From a virus (taxonomy: Duplodnaviria > Caudoviricetes): a stretch of 35,489 nucleotides of DNA. How positions within the stretch are numbered: the first letter of the stretch is position 1; every line of letters starts with the position of its first letter. The DNA lies in the IMG/VR virus record IMGVR_UViG_3300049924_000502, positions 1 to 35,489 of that record; one strand, written 5' to 3'. A model generated the notes under the pieces. It was given only the letters and a program-made list of their open reading frames with translations. It was not told the origin of the DNA and made no database searches. The translations under genes and the position numbers were made by a program. Shown here one piece after another: positions 8,574-18,526 of this stretch.

Positions 8574-10218
8574 GACCGCGGTTGTCGTCGTCACTGCGGA
8601 CACGACCGCCTACGAGCGCTCGATGGGCGGCACCGTCGCGCCCGCGCAGGCAGCCGCAAACAAGGTGTCGACGGCGTTCTCGAGCGAGTTCAACAAGATC
8701 TCGTCGGGCGCAGCGGCACTCGCGAGCGGGATCGGCGGGCCGCTCGGCAAGGTCGGGAGCATCGCCAACTCGGCGCTGAAGCCCCTCACCGAGGTGGCGT
8801 CGAGCATCGGCGGGATCGGCGGCTCGCTCGCGCTGGTGGGCGGCGCCGCGGGACTGGCGGTCGGTGCGCTGGGCGCGATCGCCCTGTCGGCCAAGGGGCT
8901 CGCCGACAGCGCGGTCGAGGCTGACGAGCGGCTGTCTGACCTCGGGATCGTCACCGAGAACCGCGGCGCGCTGATCGCGTACGCCGACGCCACCGACGAC
9001 CTCTCGATCGCGATGGACGAGTTGCGTGTCGCGGTCGGCGGGGACATTGCGCAGTCGTTGACGACCGTAGTGCAGGCGGCCGCCGGCGGGATCCGGACCT
9101 TTCTCGATCTCCGTGACAGCTGGGCCGAGACGACGGAGCAGGTGCAGGCGTACACGCGCGAGCTCGTCGCGCTGTCGAGCCTCGGCCTCTCCGAGTGGCT
9201 GATCGGTCAGACGGAGGACTTGGCCGACGCGAACGATCGGCTCTCGATCTCGTATCGCGGGCTGACCACCGAGATGATCTTCGGCCTCTCCAAGTCCGAG
9301 GAGGCCGCGCTGCGAGCGCAGGCCGAGCGCACCGCGCGCGATGCTGCAGCGCAGGCCGCGCGAGATCAGGCCGACGCCGAGCGCGCGCTGGCCGAGGCGC
9401 AACGTGCCGCCGAGGCCCAGCACCAGCTGGTGATGGACGCCCGGATCGACGCGTACCGCGCCGCCGCCGACGCCGCCAACGCAGCGGCGGACGAGGAGAT
9501 CGCAGCCATCCTCCGGACGCGACAGGCGCAGGCGGCCGCGAACGAGGAGATCGACGCCGAGGTAGCGCAGATCCTCGCCGATCGGGTGTCCGCCGTAGAT
9601 ACAGCCGCTGACGCTGCGATCCTGGCCGCCGCCCGCGAGGCGAGCGCGTATCTCTCGGCCGCGTCGCAGATCACCGGCGCGCTGACGTCGATCACGAATC
9701 TAGCGGTGCAGGGGTACCTCGACCGCGCGGCGGCCGGCGAGACGCTGCACCGCGTCGAGGTAGAGCAAGCCAACGCGGCGATGGCGGCCGCCGAGGCCGC
9801 GGCGATCGTCGCGGCCGGTATCCAGGCCACGCTCTCCGGCCTCGGGGCGATCACGGCGCTGATTCCGTTCATGGGCCCGGCCGCGATCCCGGTCGGTGCC
9901 ACGATCGCAGCTGCGTTGTTCGCCGCCGCCGTCGCGGGGATCGAGGCCGGGCAGCCTGCGCGCTTCAGCAACCCGTACAACGGCAGCGGCCGCGGGGACG
10001 GGGCCTCCGCCGGCGAGCTCGCCGGGATCGGCCCCAACGATGACAATCCGAGCACCGACAAGCCCACGAGCGGGGACGACCTGAAGGACCTCGCGGACGA
10101 CTACCGCAACGGCACGAGCCGCCGCGGGCGCGGAGACGTGACGATCTCGCTCGATCCGCGGCTGAATCGTCTGCAGGTGGTGTCGGATCGGCGCGTGGGC
10201 AAGCGGAGGATCAAGTGA
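8566..10218 (+). CDS. Tape measure protein (550 aa)
   Basis: N-terminal 'VVVTADTTAY'; long Ala-rich helical and hydrophobic segments; position. Confidence 0.85.
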   Translation: MGETAVVVVTADTTAYERSMGGTVAPAQAAANKVSTAFSSEFNKISSGAAALASGIGGPLGKVGSIANSALKPLTEVASSIGGIGGSLALVGGAAGLAVGALGAIALSAKGLADSAVEADERLSDLGIVTENRGALIAYADATDDLSIAMDELRVAVGGDIAQSLTTVVQAAAGGIRTFLDLRDSWAETTEQVQAYTRELVALSSLGLSEWLIGQTEDLADANDRLSISYRGLTTEMIFGLSKSEEAALRAQAERTARDAAAQAARDQADAERALAEAQRAAEAQHQLVMDARIDAYRAAADAANAAADEEIAAILRTRQAQAAANEEIDAEVAQILADRVSAVDTAADAAILAAAREASAYLSAASQITGALTSITNLAVQGYLDRAAAGETLHRVEVEQANAAMAAAEAAAIVAAGIQATLSGLGAITALIPFMGPAAIPVGATIAAALFAAAVAGIEAGQPARFSNPYNGSGRGDGASAGELAGIGPNDDNPSTDKPTSGDDLKDLADDYRNGTSRRGRGDVTISLDPRLNRLQVVSDRRVGKRRIK

Positions 10219-13200
10219 GCAGCCAGCTCCCGCCAGGATTCGGTCTCGCGATCATCGACACGCGGCTGTCGAGCGACACGATCGCCGCGAAGGGCGTGGG
10301 GGTGCTGCAGTCCGCATACACCGAGTCGGGTCCGATTCCGGGCCACCCGTCGACGCTCAACGCGGTGCCGACCTCCTGGCGGCCGCAGGTGTCGCAGGCG
10401 CAGTCGGCGTCGATCGCCTCCTACACGATTCGCGGTGGGTACCCGGGGAGAGACGGCGCGTCTGTCTTGATGAACGAGGGCGGAGGCTCACAAAACGCAT
10501 ACCGGGGATGGGATGAGCCGGTCACGGTTACCGATTGGTCTGCCCCGGGGACCGCGTGGGGGCCCTCGACGGCGTGGACGTCGTACGCCGCCGCCGTGAT
10601 CGAGGAGACGGGGGTGATCGTCGTCACCGGCTGCGACGGTTCGGCTAACGCGCAGACCTGGAGCTACAACCCTCGATCGGGTGCGTGGACGGATCTGTAC
10701 GACTGGGATGCCGGCGCGCTCGACGGCCTCCGGACCCCGCTGGGGATGGCCTACGACCGCGACCGCGGGCGGCTGCTGCTGTGGAGCGGTCGGGCGTCCC
10801 CGATCTCGACCACGGCGCAGCTGGCCTACTACTCGGACGACGGGGGCACCACCTGGGCGCTCTACTCGCGCGGGTTCGCGCCGGGTCAGACGGGCGTGGC
10901 CAACGGCGCGTGGCGTGTCGTGCCGCACTCGAGCGGTGACTGGCTGTGCATGCTGCTGACCGACCTGGACGGGACCGGTACGTCGACGCACCTCGCCAGC
11001 TCGGATCGCGGCGTGTCGTGGGAGCTGGTGACGTCCGACTCCGGCGGCGCGCCGTCAGACGGCACCGCTGCGTTTCCGGTACTCGGCCCGGCTGGATTCG
11101 TGATCGCGTACATCGACAGCTCGGCCGGCGACATCGTGTGCAAGGTGATCGCGTCGGCTCGAGCCTCGATCAACGACGCTCCGCAGATCGTGATCGACAG
11201 CACGCGGGACTACTCGACGTGCTGGGCGTGCGTGGACGCTGACGGGATCGTGTACGTCTATGCGCTCGGCACTTCCGCGGCGTCGCTGCGCGACCAGTGC
11301 TGGGCGTGGCGGTCGCTCGACGGCGGTACGACGTGGGAGCAGTACACGTGGGGTCTGTGGAACATGACCTCCAACACACGGTATCCGCAGGTGTATGCGT
11401 GTCTGCCCAGCTCTGGACATGTACACCTGGTGCACACGCAGATCGGGGACACCGACACCGACTTCACGTTGCAGACGACCGCGCTCGGTGGGTGGTCGAA
11501 CGTCGCCACTGGTCCGGGGACCGACGAATACAAGCGGACGAGCCGGATCGCGTGGGGGCACCACACCAGCGGTGGTCTCGACGCGTGGGGTGCGCTGTGG
11601 TTGCCGTGGGCCTTCCCGGAGAATCTGCAGTGGACTCGCTCGACGGGAACGGGGACTCGGACCTTCGGCGTCTCGTTCGGGACGGCCGGCCTCGAACTGA
11701 CGACGACGGCTGGTCAGGGAGAGGTGTACTTCAACGGGACCAGCACGAACGCCGACTATTGTTGCGGGCAGGCAATCCTGCAAGTCGGCTCGACTGGCTC
11801 CGCTACGCTCGCGACGATCGGGACCGCCAACACTGGGGTGCACGTCCGCCCCGCGCTGCGGGACATCGGCGTCTACGGGTACGCGCCGTTCATCGACTTC
11901 GGTTCGGACGGCATTCAGGTCCGGGACGGCGCCACGATCCGAGCGTCCGTTTCGATCGACTGCACCGCGCAGCCGGTCTACGTGCGCTGGCACCTCACCA
12001 AGGGTAGCTTTTGGCTCTGGTACAAGCTGAACAATAGCGCGTCGTGGGTGATCCTGGCGTCCGGGGTCACTGTCACCGATGCGGGCGCCGGGACCGCGAC
12101 CGATGATCGCCTGATCTGGGGACAGGAGACCACGGCCGTGGGTCACGCCGTGTGGAGGATGGTAGCCGGCTCCGTCTCGGCCGACCTGCAGTACTCGGTC
12201 GACGGGCTCGCCGAACTGGGAGGGACATCCGCGACCGCTGTGCTCGGCCACCAGTTCGGCCGTCCGCTGCCGGGCGCCGGGACGGCGTACCCGTTCCCGG
12301 ACGGCACCGCCACGACGAGCGAGGATCTGTCGCTACTCTCGGCCAGCGGAGGTCCGACCTACGTGGGAGAGTCCGTCTCCCTGCCGGTGGCCTACACATA
12401 CGCCGTCGGGCACGTGCACCCCACCGAGTCGCCGAGCCCCTCGTTGCCGTGGAGGGCCACCGGCACCTCCGAGGTGCGGCTCGTGTGGGACCAGGGCACC
12501 AACGGCGAGTCCTGGTACGGCGGCGCCATGGCGCTGGTCGCACTCCAGGGGGACTGGCGCACCGCGGTCCTGCAGCGGGACAACGGGGCCGGCGGCACCG
12601 AGGATCTCGGGACGCTCGACAAGGGGTGGGGCTCGATCCTCTACACGCGCACGGGGCGGACGATCGTGCCGCGCACTGGGACGGCGACGATCGATCGCTA
12701 CCTGGAGGAGGGCGAGCTCGTCGGCGGGTACGTCGTGATGAACACCGCCGGCTCCGACGTGGCACGCCGCATCACGCGCCAGTCCGCGGGCTACTGGTCC
12801 ACCTCGGCGGTTCAGCAGGTGGTGATCGAGCTCGAGGGGATCGACGCCTCCGAGACGTCGGCGGGCTCGGGCCAGATCGTGCACCACTCCGGCGTCCTCG
12901 TGGTGTACCCAGCCACGAATACGCCTCGGCGCTACGTGATCGCCAAGATCACCAGCGCGCAGACGGTCCCTGGTGGGGTCTACTCCGCTGGAATCCTGGC
13001 GCCGGCTCGGATCGTGGGCGTCGGAGCGGATCCGTCCTGGCAGTGGTCCCGCGAGATCCGCCTCGCGCGGCGCGTCACCCGCGGTCCGTCGGGCGTGCCG
13101 CAGGTGCTGCAGACCGGGCGGCCGCGCCAGATCATGTCGTACAGCTGGCCCGACGGGATCGACCTGCGCACGATCCGGCGCCTCTCGACGCCGGCGCCGT

Positions 13201-13478
13201 GGATCTCCGGTGTCCCGCCGGCGTCGCCGATCGGGTCGGCGGAGGACGCGTGGTCGAGCCCCGCGCGGCTGATCGCTGACCAGCTGCGCAGCGGCGAGGT
13301 GCCGTGCGTGGTGATCCCGCGCCTGCCGCAGATCACGGGCACGACGATCACGGACCAGACGCTGTACACCTACGGCGTCGCGATGGTGGACGGCGTCACG
13401 GTCAGCGGCCGGCTCGGCACCGAGGGCCTCGACGAGATCGTCACCGCCACCGGCCTCACGGTGGAGGGCGTGCCGTGA
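10215..13478 (+). CDS. Large tail protein with Asp-box (BNR) repeats, sialidase-like propeller
   Basis: Asp-boxes YSDDGGTTW, SSDRGVSW, RSLDGGTTW; 1087 aa directly after the tape measure. Confidence 0.75.
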   Translation: MSSQLPPGFGLAIIDTRLSSDTIAAKGVGVLQSAYTESGPIPGHPSTLNAVPTSWRPQVSQAQSASIASYTIRGGYPGRDGASVLMNEGGGSQNAYRGWDEPVTVTDWSAPGTAWGPSTAWTSYAAAVIEETGVIVVTGCDGSANAQTWSYNPRSGAWTDLYDWDAGALDGLRTPLGMAYDRDRGRLLLWSGRASPISTTAQLAYYSDDGGTTWALYSRGFAPGQTGVANGAWRVVPHSSGDWLCMLLTDLDGTGTSTHLASSDRGVSWELVTSDSGGAPSDGTAAFPVLGPAGFVIAYIDSSAGDIVCKVIASARASINDAPQIVIDSTRDYSTCWACVDADGIVYVYALGTSAASLRDQCWAWRSLDGGTTWEQYTWGLWNMTSNTRYPQVYACLPSSGHVHLVHTQIGDTDTDFTLQTTALGGWSNVATGPGTDEYKRTSRIAWGHHTSGGLDAWGALWLPWAFPENLQWTRSTGTGTRTFGVSFGTAGLELTTTAGQGEVYFNGTSTNADYCCGQAILQVGSTGSATLATIGTANTGVHVRPALRDIGVYGYAPFIDFGSDGIQVRDGATIRASVSIDCTAQPVYVRWHLTKGSFWLWYKLNNSASWVILASGVTVTDAGAGTATDDRLIWGQETTAVGHAVWRMVAGSVSADLQYSVDGLAELGGTSATAVLGHQFGRPLPGAGTAYPFPDGTATTSEDLSLLSASGGPTYVGESVSLPVAYTYAVGHVHPTESPSPSLPWRATGTSEVRLVWDQGTNGESWYGGAMALVALQGDWRTAVLQRDNGAGGTEDLGTLDKGWGSILYTRTGRTIVPRTGTATIDRYLEEGELVGGYVVMNTAGSDVARRITRQSAGYWSTSAVQQVVIELEGIDASETSAGSGQIVHHSGVLVVYPATNTPRRYVIAKITSAQTVPGGVYSAGILAPARIVGVGADPSWQWSREIRLARRVTRGPSGVPQVLQTGRPRQIMSYSWPDGIDLRTIRRLSTPAPWISGVPPASPIGSAEDAWSSPARLIADQLRSGEVPCVVIPRLPQITGTTITDQTLYTYGVAMVDGVTVSGRLGTEGLDEIVTATGLTVEGVP

Positions 13479-15037
13479 CGCGCACCGACTGGCTACTCGA
13501 CGTGACGATCGACGGGCGCGAGTACCGCTGGTCGGTCCTCGGCGTCGACGTCGACCTCGCGGACGGGTCGACGCGCACCTACCCGTCTGGCCTCGGCGAG
13601 CTCACCCTGCCCGCCGGCGGGGACGCTGCTGCGGTGGAGGTGCGGGACCCCTCCGTCGACTGGCCGACCCTGGCGCGCCACGTCGAGGGCCGGCCGTGCA
13701 CGGTCCGGCGCTGGCTCGAGGGGACCGTGCTGGAGGACTGCGAGGCGTACGCCACCGGCGAGGCGGTCGGCGTGTCGTGGGGTGGGCAGCAGGATCCGGT
13801 GTCGTGGTCGGTCGAGCGCCGCTCCGGCGCCGCGTCCCTCGGCCACCAGCTGCCCGATCCGCTCGCCCGCGTCGACGTGCTGACGTGGCCGGTGGCCGGC
13901 GCGCACGAGATCGGCAGCGACGGGGCGTACTACCCGATCGTCCTCGGCTACCCCGGACAGGTGGCCGACGACAGCACGATCGTCGCGTGCATGCCGGCCC
14001 CGATCGGGCAGTGGAAGACGGCGACGTACACCACGACGCGGCTGGTGATCTGTGAGGACGACCTCGCCTCGATCACGAGCGTGACGGTGCGCAACGACGA
14101 TCTCGATCTGGAGGGCACCGAGACCGCCACCCGTACGACGGACCTGCTCGGACGCCATGTCTGCACGTGCAACTTCAGCAACGACAACACCGTCGCCCCG
14201 TCCTCGCCCACGACGCGGCTGTACGTCGGGTTCTCGAGCGCCGGCGGGGGCGGGCCGTACCGGGCAGCGTACGACGTGATCGTCTACCTGCTCCGCCGCT
14301 ACGGGCCGGAGTCGGTGGACTGGACCCGCCTGCCGGAGGTGGCCGACGCGCTGGCGCTGTACCAGGTGGACACGTGGATCGACCAGCCGGTGTCGGACCC
14401 GTGGGCGTGGCTCGAGGGGACACTGCTCGCCGACCTGCCTGTCGAGATCCGGTCGACGGACCGCGGCCGCTACCTCGTCGCACGGCGCTACGTCAGCGAC
14501 CCCGCGCGGCGTGTCGGGAGCCTCGACGTGGACCGCGGGGAGGCGACGCGGATCAGCGCCGTCTCGCGCGACGGAGCCCCGATCAACGAGTTCGTCGCGT
14601 TGTTCCGCGCTGGCGTCGAGGGCGACTGGCTCGGGCGCGTCGTCCTCACCGGGGATCCGGCGACGCTGGCCTCGGCGCCGCGGTACCCGATCGGCGCCTC
14701 GGCGACGACGCAGCGGGTGACGATCGCGAGTTCGGGGCGCTGCCTCGAGTCGGCCTCGCGGTGGGGACTGCGTCAGGATCCGACGCAGTACCAGATCGAC
14801 TGGACCTGGGATACCGCCACCGTCCTCGCGTGCCTCGACTGGCGCGCCCAGCGGCAGGCGGTCCCCGCGCTGGTGGTAGACTACGAGGTGCGGGACGGCG
14901 AGTCTCTGCGCGAGGGGGACGAGGTGCTGCTTACGGACGACGAGCTCGGGCTGACCGACGAGCCCGCGATCATCGACGAGCCGCCTGTCCGCGGCGTGAC
15001 GACCAGCGTGACCCTGCGCCTGCCGGAGGCCGGGTGA
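13475..15037 (+). CDS. Tail tip/baseplate hub-like protein (520 aa)
   Basis: GTGA-coupled start; 'YPIVLG' and C-terminal 'LREGDEVLLTD' motifs typical of tail-tip proteins. Confidence 0.7.
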   Translation: MTRTDWLLDVTIDGREYRWSVLGVDVDLADGSTRTYPSGLGELTLPAGGDAAAVEVRDPSVDWPTLARHVEGRPCTVRRWLEGTVLEDCEAYATGEAVGVSWGGQQDPVSWSVERRSGAASLGHQLPDPLARVDVLTWPVAGAHEIGSDGAYYPIVLGYPGQVADDSTIVACMPAPIGQWKTATYTTTRLVICEDDLASITSVTVRNDDLDLEGTETATRTTDLLGRHVCTCNFSNDNTVAPSSPTTRLYVGFSSAGGGGPYRAAYDVIVYLLRRYGPESVDWTRLPEVADALALYQVDTWIDQPVSDPWAWLEGTLLADLPVEIRSTDRGRYLVARRYVSDPARRVGSLDVDRGEATRISAVSRDGAPINEFVALFRAGVEGDWLGRVVLTGDPATLASAPRYPIGASATTQRVTIASSGRCLESASRWGLRQDPTQYQIDWTWDTATVLACLDWRAQRQAVPALVVDYEVRDGESLREGDEVLLTDDELGLTDEPAIIDEPPVRGVTTSVTLRLPEAG

Positions 15038-16128
15038 ATCGCACGCTGCCCACTGCCGCCACCGACGGGTGGGTGCTGACGCTGGACTCCGCGATCAACG
15101 GCGGCGTCAAGTGGGCCGCCGCCCCTGGGGCTGGCGGCGGGGACAGCGTCAGCGTCAACGGGGCGGCGGCGACCGACGTCAACCTGCGCGACGGGACGCC
15201 TGCCGCGCCTGCGGGCTCCGTCAACGTGACGTGGCAGTCGAGCGGTGCGGGTCCCACCTCGGTGTCCGCGTACATGACGACGTTCGTGGGCAGCGGCGCC
15301 TCGCACACGATCGGGCTCGTGCCGGATCCCGGCGCCGTGGGCGGGACCACGAAGTTCTTGCGCGAGGACGCGAGCTGGCAGGTGCCGACGGCCAGCGTGG
15401 CCGACGGCGACAAGGGCGACATCACGGTCAGCGGCGGTGGTGCGACGTGGACGATCGACGCCGGCGCGGTCACGATGGCCAAGATCGTGGACGGCGCCGC
15501 GAACAGCGTCGTCGGCAGGGCCGCGGGGTCGGTAGGCGTGCACGCGGACATCGCGGCCAGCGCCAACGGCGACGTCCTGCGGATGTCCGCCGGATCGCTG
15601 GGGTGGGGCTCGATCCCCGAGAGCAGCGTGTCCGGGCTCGTGGCGGACCTCGCCGCCAAGGTGCCGACGAGCCGCCTGATCAACACCACCGCGCCGATCA
15701 CGGGCGGCGGCGACCTGTCCGCCGACCGGACGATCGCGATCTCCGACTTCGTCGCCTCGGGCGGAGCCCACGCGCGCGGCGCTGTCCCCGACCCCGGCGC
15801 GGTCGCGGGCACGACGAAGTTCCTCCGTGAGGACGCGACCTGGCAAGTACCCGCGGGTGGTGGTGGCGGCTCGCTCACCGCGGCGACGCTCACGCTGCCC
15901 TACACCGGCCTCTCGTCTCACCGGATTGTGGTCACCGACGGCGCGGTCAGCGGGACCAGCAAGATCCTCATCGGCTGGGGCGCGGTCGCTGACACCGACG
16001 ACAACAGCCCCGACATGGACGACCTCTCCTTCGCTCCGATGGCTCCGGCCGCGGGGTCCTTCACCGTGGTCGTCACCGCGAATCGCCCCATCGGCGGCGC
16101 GGTGAGGATCCACTACATGGTGGCCTGA
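15034..16128 (+). CDS. Tail fibre-like protein (364 aa)
   Basis: Gly/Ala/Thr-rich; 35-aa internal repeat; 'DGDKGDITVS' and 'ITGGGDLSADRTI' fibre motifs. Confidence 0.75.
   Translation: MNRTLPTAATDGWVLTLDSAINGGVKWAAAPGAGGGDSVSVNGAAATDVNLRDGTPAAPAGSVNVTWQSSGAGPTSVSAYMTTFVGSGASHTIGLVPDPGAVGGTTKFLREDASWQVPTASVADGDKGDITVSGGGATWTIDAGAVTMAKIVDGAANSVVGRAAGSVGVHADIAASANGDVLRMSAGSLGWGSIPESSVSGLVADLAAKVPTSRLINTTAPITGGGDLSADRTIAISDFVASGGAHARGAVPDPGAVAGTTKFLREDATWQVPAGGGGGSLTAATLTLPYTGLSSHRIVVTDGAVSGTSKILIGWGAVADTDDNSPDMDDLSFAPMAPAAGSFTVVVTANRPIGGAVRIHYMVA
15283..15852 (+). repeat. Two copies of a 105-nt (35-aa) repeat, 15283-15387 and 15748-15852
   Basis: FVxSGxxHxxGxVPDPGAVxGTTKFLREDAxWQVP occurs twice. 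Confidence 0.9.
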
Positions 16129-16916
16129 TGGCAGTCCTCTACGACGCGCGCGGCAACGAGTGGACCAGCGCGCTCGACCAGATCACGAACGGTACCGTCA
16201 CCGACGCTCGGACGGGCAGCGCCGCGCTGAACGCGCTGAATGCCGAGGCCGTGATGGACCTCAACGGGCAGGCGTGCGCCACGGTGCACGTGATCTCCGG
16301 CGTCGTGACGCAGACGCTGGTGTTCGAGGCGTCCAACGACGCCAGCAACTGGATCCAGGTCCCTGCGATCAAGGTGGACACCGAGGCCATCGTGATGGGC
16401 GTGTCGATCACGACCACCACGAATGCGATCTACGTGGTGGGCGTGTCGGGGTTCCGGCGCCTGCGCGTCCGCGTGTCGGCGTTCACGTCGGGGCCCGTCA
16501 CGGTGTGGATGCGGGCGTCCCGCGCCGACTTCGCGATCTACGCGAAGCCGTTCCCGACGACCACGTTCGTCACGGCAACCGCCGCGGTCAACACGAGCGC
16601 AACAGCCACGCTGGCGGCGCCAGGTGCGGGGCTGTTCCACTACATCACCAGCGTGCAGCTGACCAAGTTGTACAGCGTGGTTGGCGTGGCTGCGGGCGCT
16701 GGTGTGATCATCACCTCGACGAACCTTGTCGGCAATCCGTCGTGGACGACGGAGCAGATCGCGTCGGCCGCCGGGACCGCTACGCGGGTGATCGAGCATG
16801 ACTGGTCTGGGAACCCGCTCAAGAGCTCGGTCGCCAACACCGCGACTACGTTCGTTGCCGGCGCGCAGTTGCAGACGATCTGGCGCTGGAACGTCACCTA
16901 CTACGTTGGAGCGTGA
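16128..16916 (+). CDS. Putative virion protein (262 aa, beta-rich)
   Basis: TGATG overlap; Thr/Val/Ala-rich; 'GFRRLRVRVSAFTSG' jelly-roll-like segment. Confidence 0.7.
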   Translation: MAVLYDARGNEWTSALDQITNGTVTDARTGSAALNALNAEAVMDLNGQACATVHVISGVVTQTLVFEASNDASNWIQVPAIKVDTEAIVMGVSITTTTNAIYVVGVSGFRRLRVRVSAFTSGPVTVWMRASRADFAIYAKPFPTTTFVTATAAVNTSATATLAAPGAGLFHYITSVQLTKLYSVVGVAAGAGVIITSTNLVGNPSWTTEQIASAAGTATRVIEHDWSGNPLKSSVANTATTFVAGAQLQTIWRWNVTYYVGA

Positions 16917-16919
16917 CCC

Positions 16920-17204
16920 GTGGCCTCTCGTGCAGTCGTCACCCACTACGCAGACGAGGTGGTGGTTCCGTTGACCGGGAATTTCTCGATCTCGGCCTAC
17001 TTCCTGATCGTCGACCCCGCGCTGTTTCCTGGGACCCCTGCACAGACGCGGGTGGCGTCGGGCGTGATCCTGGACAGCTCGGCGCCCGCGACGTGGACGG
17101 CGTCCGTCAAGGCGGCGGTCATCGCGCGGGCCCTCGAATTCGATGCCGGGGTCAGCTACCCCGACTTGACCACGCTGAACGTCTTCGTTCCCACGATCGC
17201 ATAG
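16920..17204 (+). CDS. Small protein, paralog 1 of 3
   Basis: GGAG SD; similar to the next two ORFs. Confidence 0.75.
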   Translation: MASRAVVTHYADEVVVPLTGNFSISAYFLIVDPALFPGTPAQTRVASGVILDSSAPATWTASVKAAVIARALEFDAGVSYPDLTTLNVFVPTIA

Positions 17205-17213
17205 GAGGCTCAC

Positions 17214-17480
17214 ATGGCTGCGCGCGCACAGGTGACACACTACGCAGATCAGGCGGTGGACCCGACCACGGGCACGTTCACGATCACGGCCTATTTCATG
17301 TTGGCCGATTCGGCGACGTGGCCAGGGCAGCCGGCCAAGGTGATCTCCGAGCCCGGGATCGTGCTGGACCCGAGCGTCGGGAGCTGGCAGAGCGCTATCA
17401 AGACCGCGATCATCGCGCGGTGCGCCACCGAGGGATTCACCGTCAGCGGCGCCAACTGCCTCGTTCTGGACTGGGTGTAA
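17214..17480 (+). CDS. Small protein, paralog 2 of 3
   Basis: AGGAGG SD; 'VTHYAD...TGTFTITAYF' shared with paralog 1. Confidence 0.8.
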   Translation: MAARAQVTHYADQAVDPTTGTFTITAYFMLADSATWPGQPAKVISEPGIVLDPSVGSWQSAIKTAIIARCATEGFTVSGANCLVLDWV

Positions 17481-17482
17481 CC

Positions 17483-17734
17483 ATGGCACAATCGGCGTAC
17501 ATCACCGGCTTCAAGTTGCAGCAGCGCGACTCCTCGACCGGGGACCTGCTCCTCGCGGCGACGTTCCTGCTCGTCGACACCGCGACCGGCGACTCGGAGG
17601 AGGCCAGCACCGAAATCGTGGCGCTGGACCCGACGGCTCCCCAGGGCTGGTCAGCCGCGATGGACGCGGCGGTGTCGGACCGCGCGACCGCGCTCGGGTA
17701 CACCGTCGCGGCGCAGCACGTGCGGCGGCTGTGA
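17483..17734 (+). CDS. Small protein, divergent paralog 3 of 3
   Basis: ATG 17483; 'TGDLLLAATFLLVD...LDPTAPQGWSAAMDAAV' aligns with paralogs 1 and 2. Confidence 0.7.
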   Translation: MAQSAYITGFKLQQRDSSTGDLLLAATFLLVDTATGDSEEASTEIVALDPTAPQGWSAAMDAAVSDRATALGYTVAAQHVRRL

Positions 17735-17747
17735 TAGGATCTCGGCC

Positions 17748-18182
17748 ATGAGCGCGCAGGACATCCTCGCCAGCGTCGCCGCGTCGAACGTCAGCTTCGA
17801 CGGGGCCGTCCCGGTGTGCACCGGGACGACCACCAGCACGACGCCGATCGATCTGGCGGTGGTGCCGCTCGAGCCCGGCGCGTCGATGCTGGCCCAGGTG
17901 CAGGTGATCGCCCGCCGCCCCGACACCGGCGCCAGCAAGGCGTGGGCGGGCACCGCGCTGATCAAGCGCGTGGGCTCGACGGTCACGATCGAGGAGGCCA
18001 CGGGCGGCGCCCCGGCGGATGCCTACTGCTCGGCCGGCGACACGACCGGGATGGCCGGCTGCACGATCGCGCTCGCGAGCGTCGCCGGCGTCTCGGACGT
18101 CGGCGCCGGCGTGCGCTGCACCGGACCCGCGGCCGTGACGGTGGTGTGGGCCGCGACGCTGCGCGGTACGGCGCTCGCGTGA
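17748..18182 (+). CDS. Putative virion protein (144 aa)
   Basis: AGGA SD; beta-rich; coupled to next gene. Confidence 0.65.
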   Translation: MSAQDILASVAASNVSFDGAVPVCTGTTTSTTPIDLAVVPLEPGASMLAQVQVIARRPDTGASKAWAGTALIKRVGSTVTIEEATGGAPADAYCSAGDTTGMAGCTIALASVAGVSDVGAGVRCTGPAAVTVVWAATLRGTALA

Positions 18183-18526
18183 GCTACGCCGCTGCCCCGG
18201 TCCAGATCCCCGATCACGAGCTCGTGATCGGCAACACGTACAGCGGCAGCGCCCAGCTGTACGACGAGAGCGGGGTCGTGTACGACATCACCGGGGCGAC
18301 CGGGGTGGCGCAGGTGCGAACCGAGGCGGGCGGACTACTCCTGCTGTCGCCGACGGTCACGATCACAGGCGCGACCGGACTCGTCTCCTGGTCGAGCACC
18401 GCGGCCGCGACCGCGGCGCTGTCCCCCGGGCCCGCGACGCTGGGTGTGACGGTCACGTTCGCCGATGCCTCGGTGCTCGAGATCTGCTGGTCACGCGTCA
18501 CGATCCGCCTGGGGTATACGTCGTGA
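18179..18526 (+). CDS. Ig-like/BppU-N-like baseplate-type protein (115 aa)
   Basis: 'GNTY...YDITGAT...QVR...ATAAL' pattern; GTGA overlaps at both ends. Confidence 0.6.
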   Translation: MSYAAAPVQIPDHELVIGNTYSGSAQLYDESGVVYDITGATGVAQVRTEAGGLLLLSPTVTITGATGLVSWSSTAAATAALSPGPATLGVTVTFADASVLEICWSRVTIRLGYTS

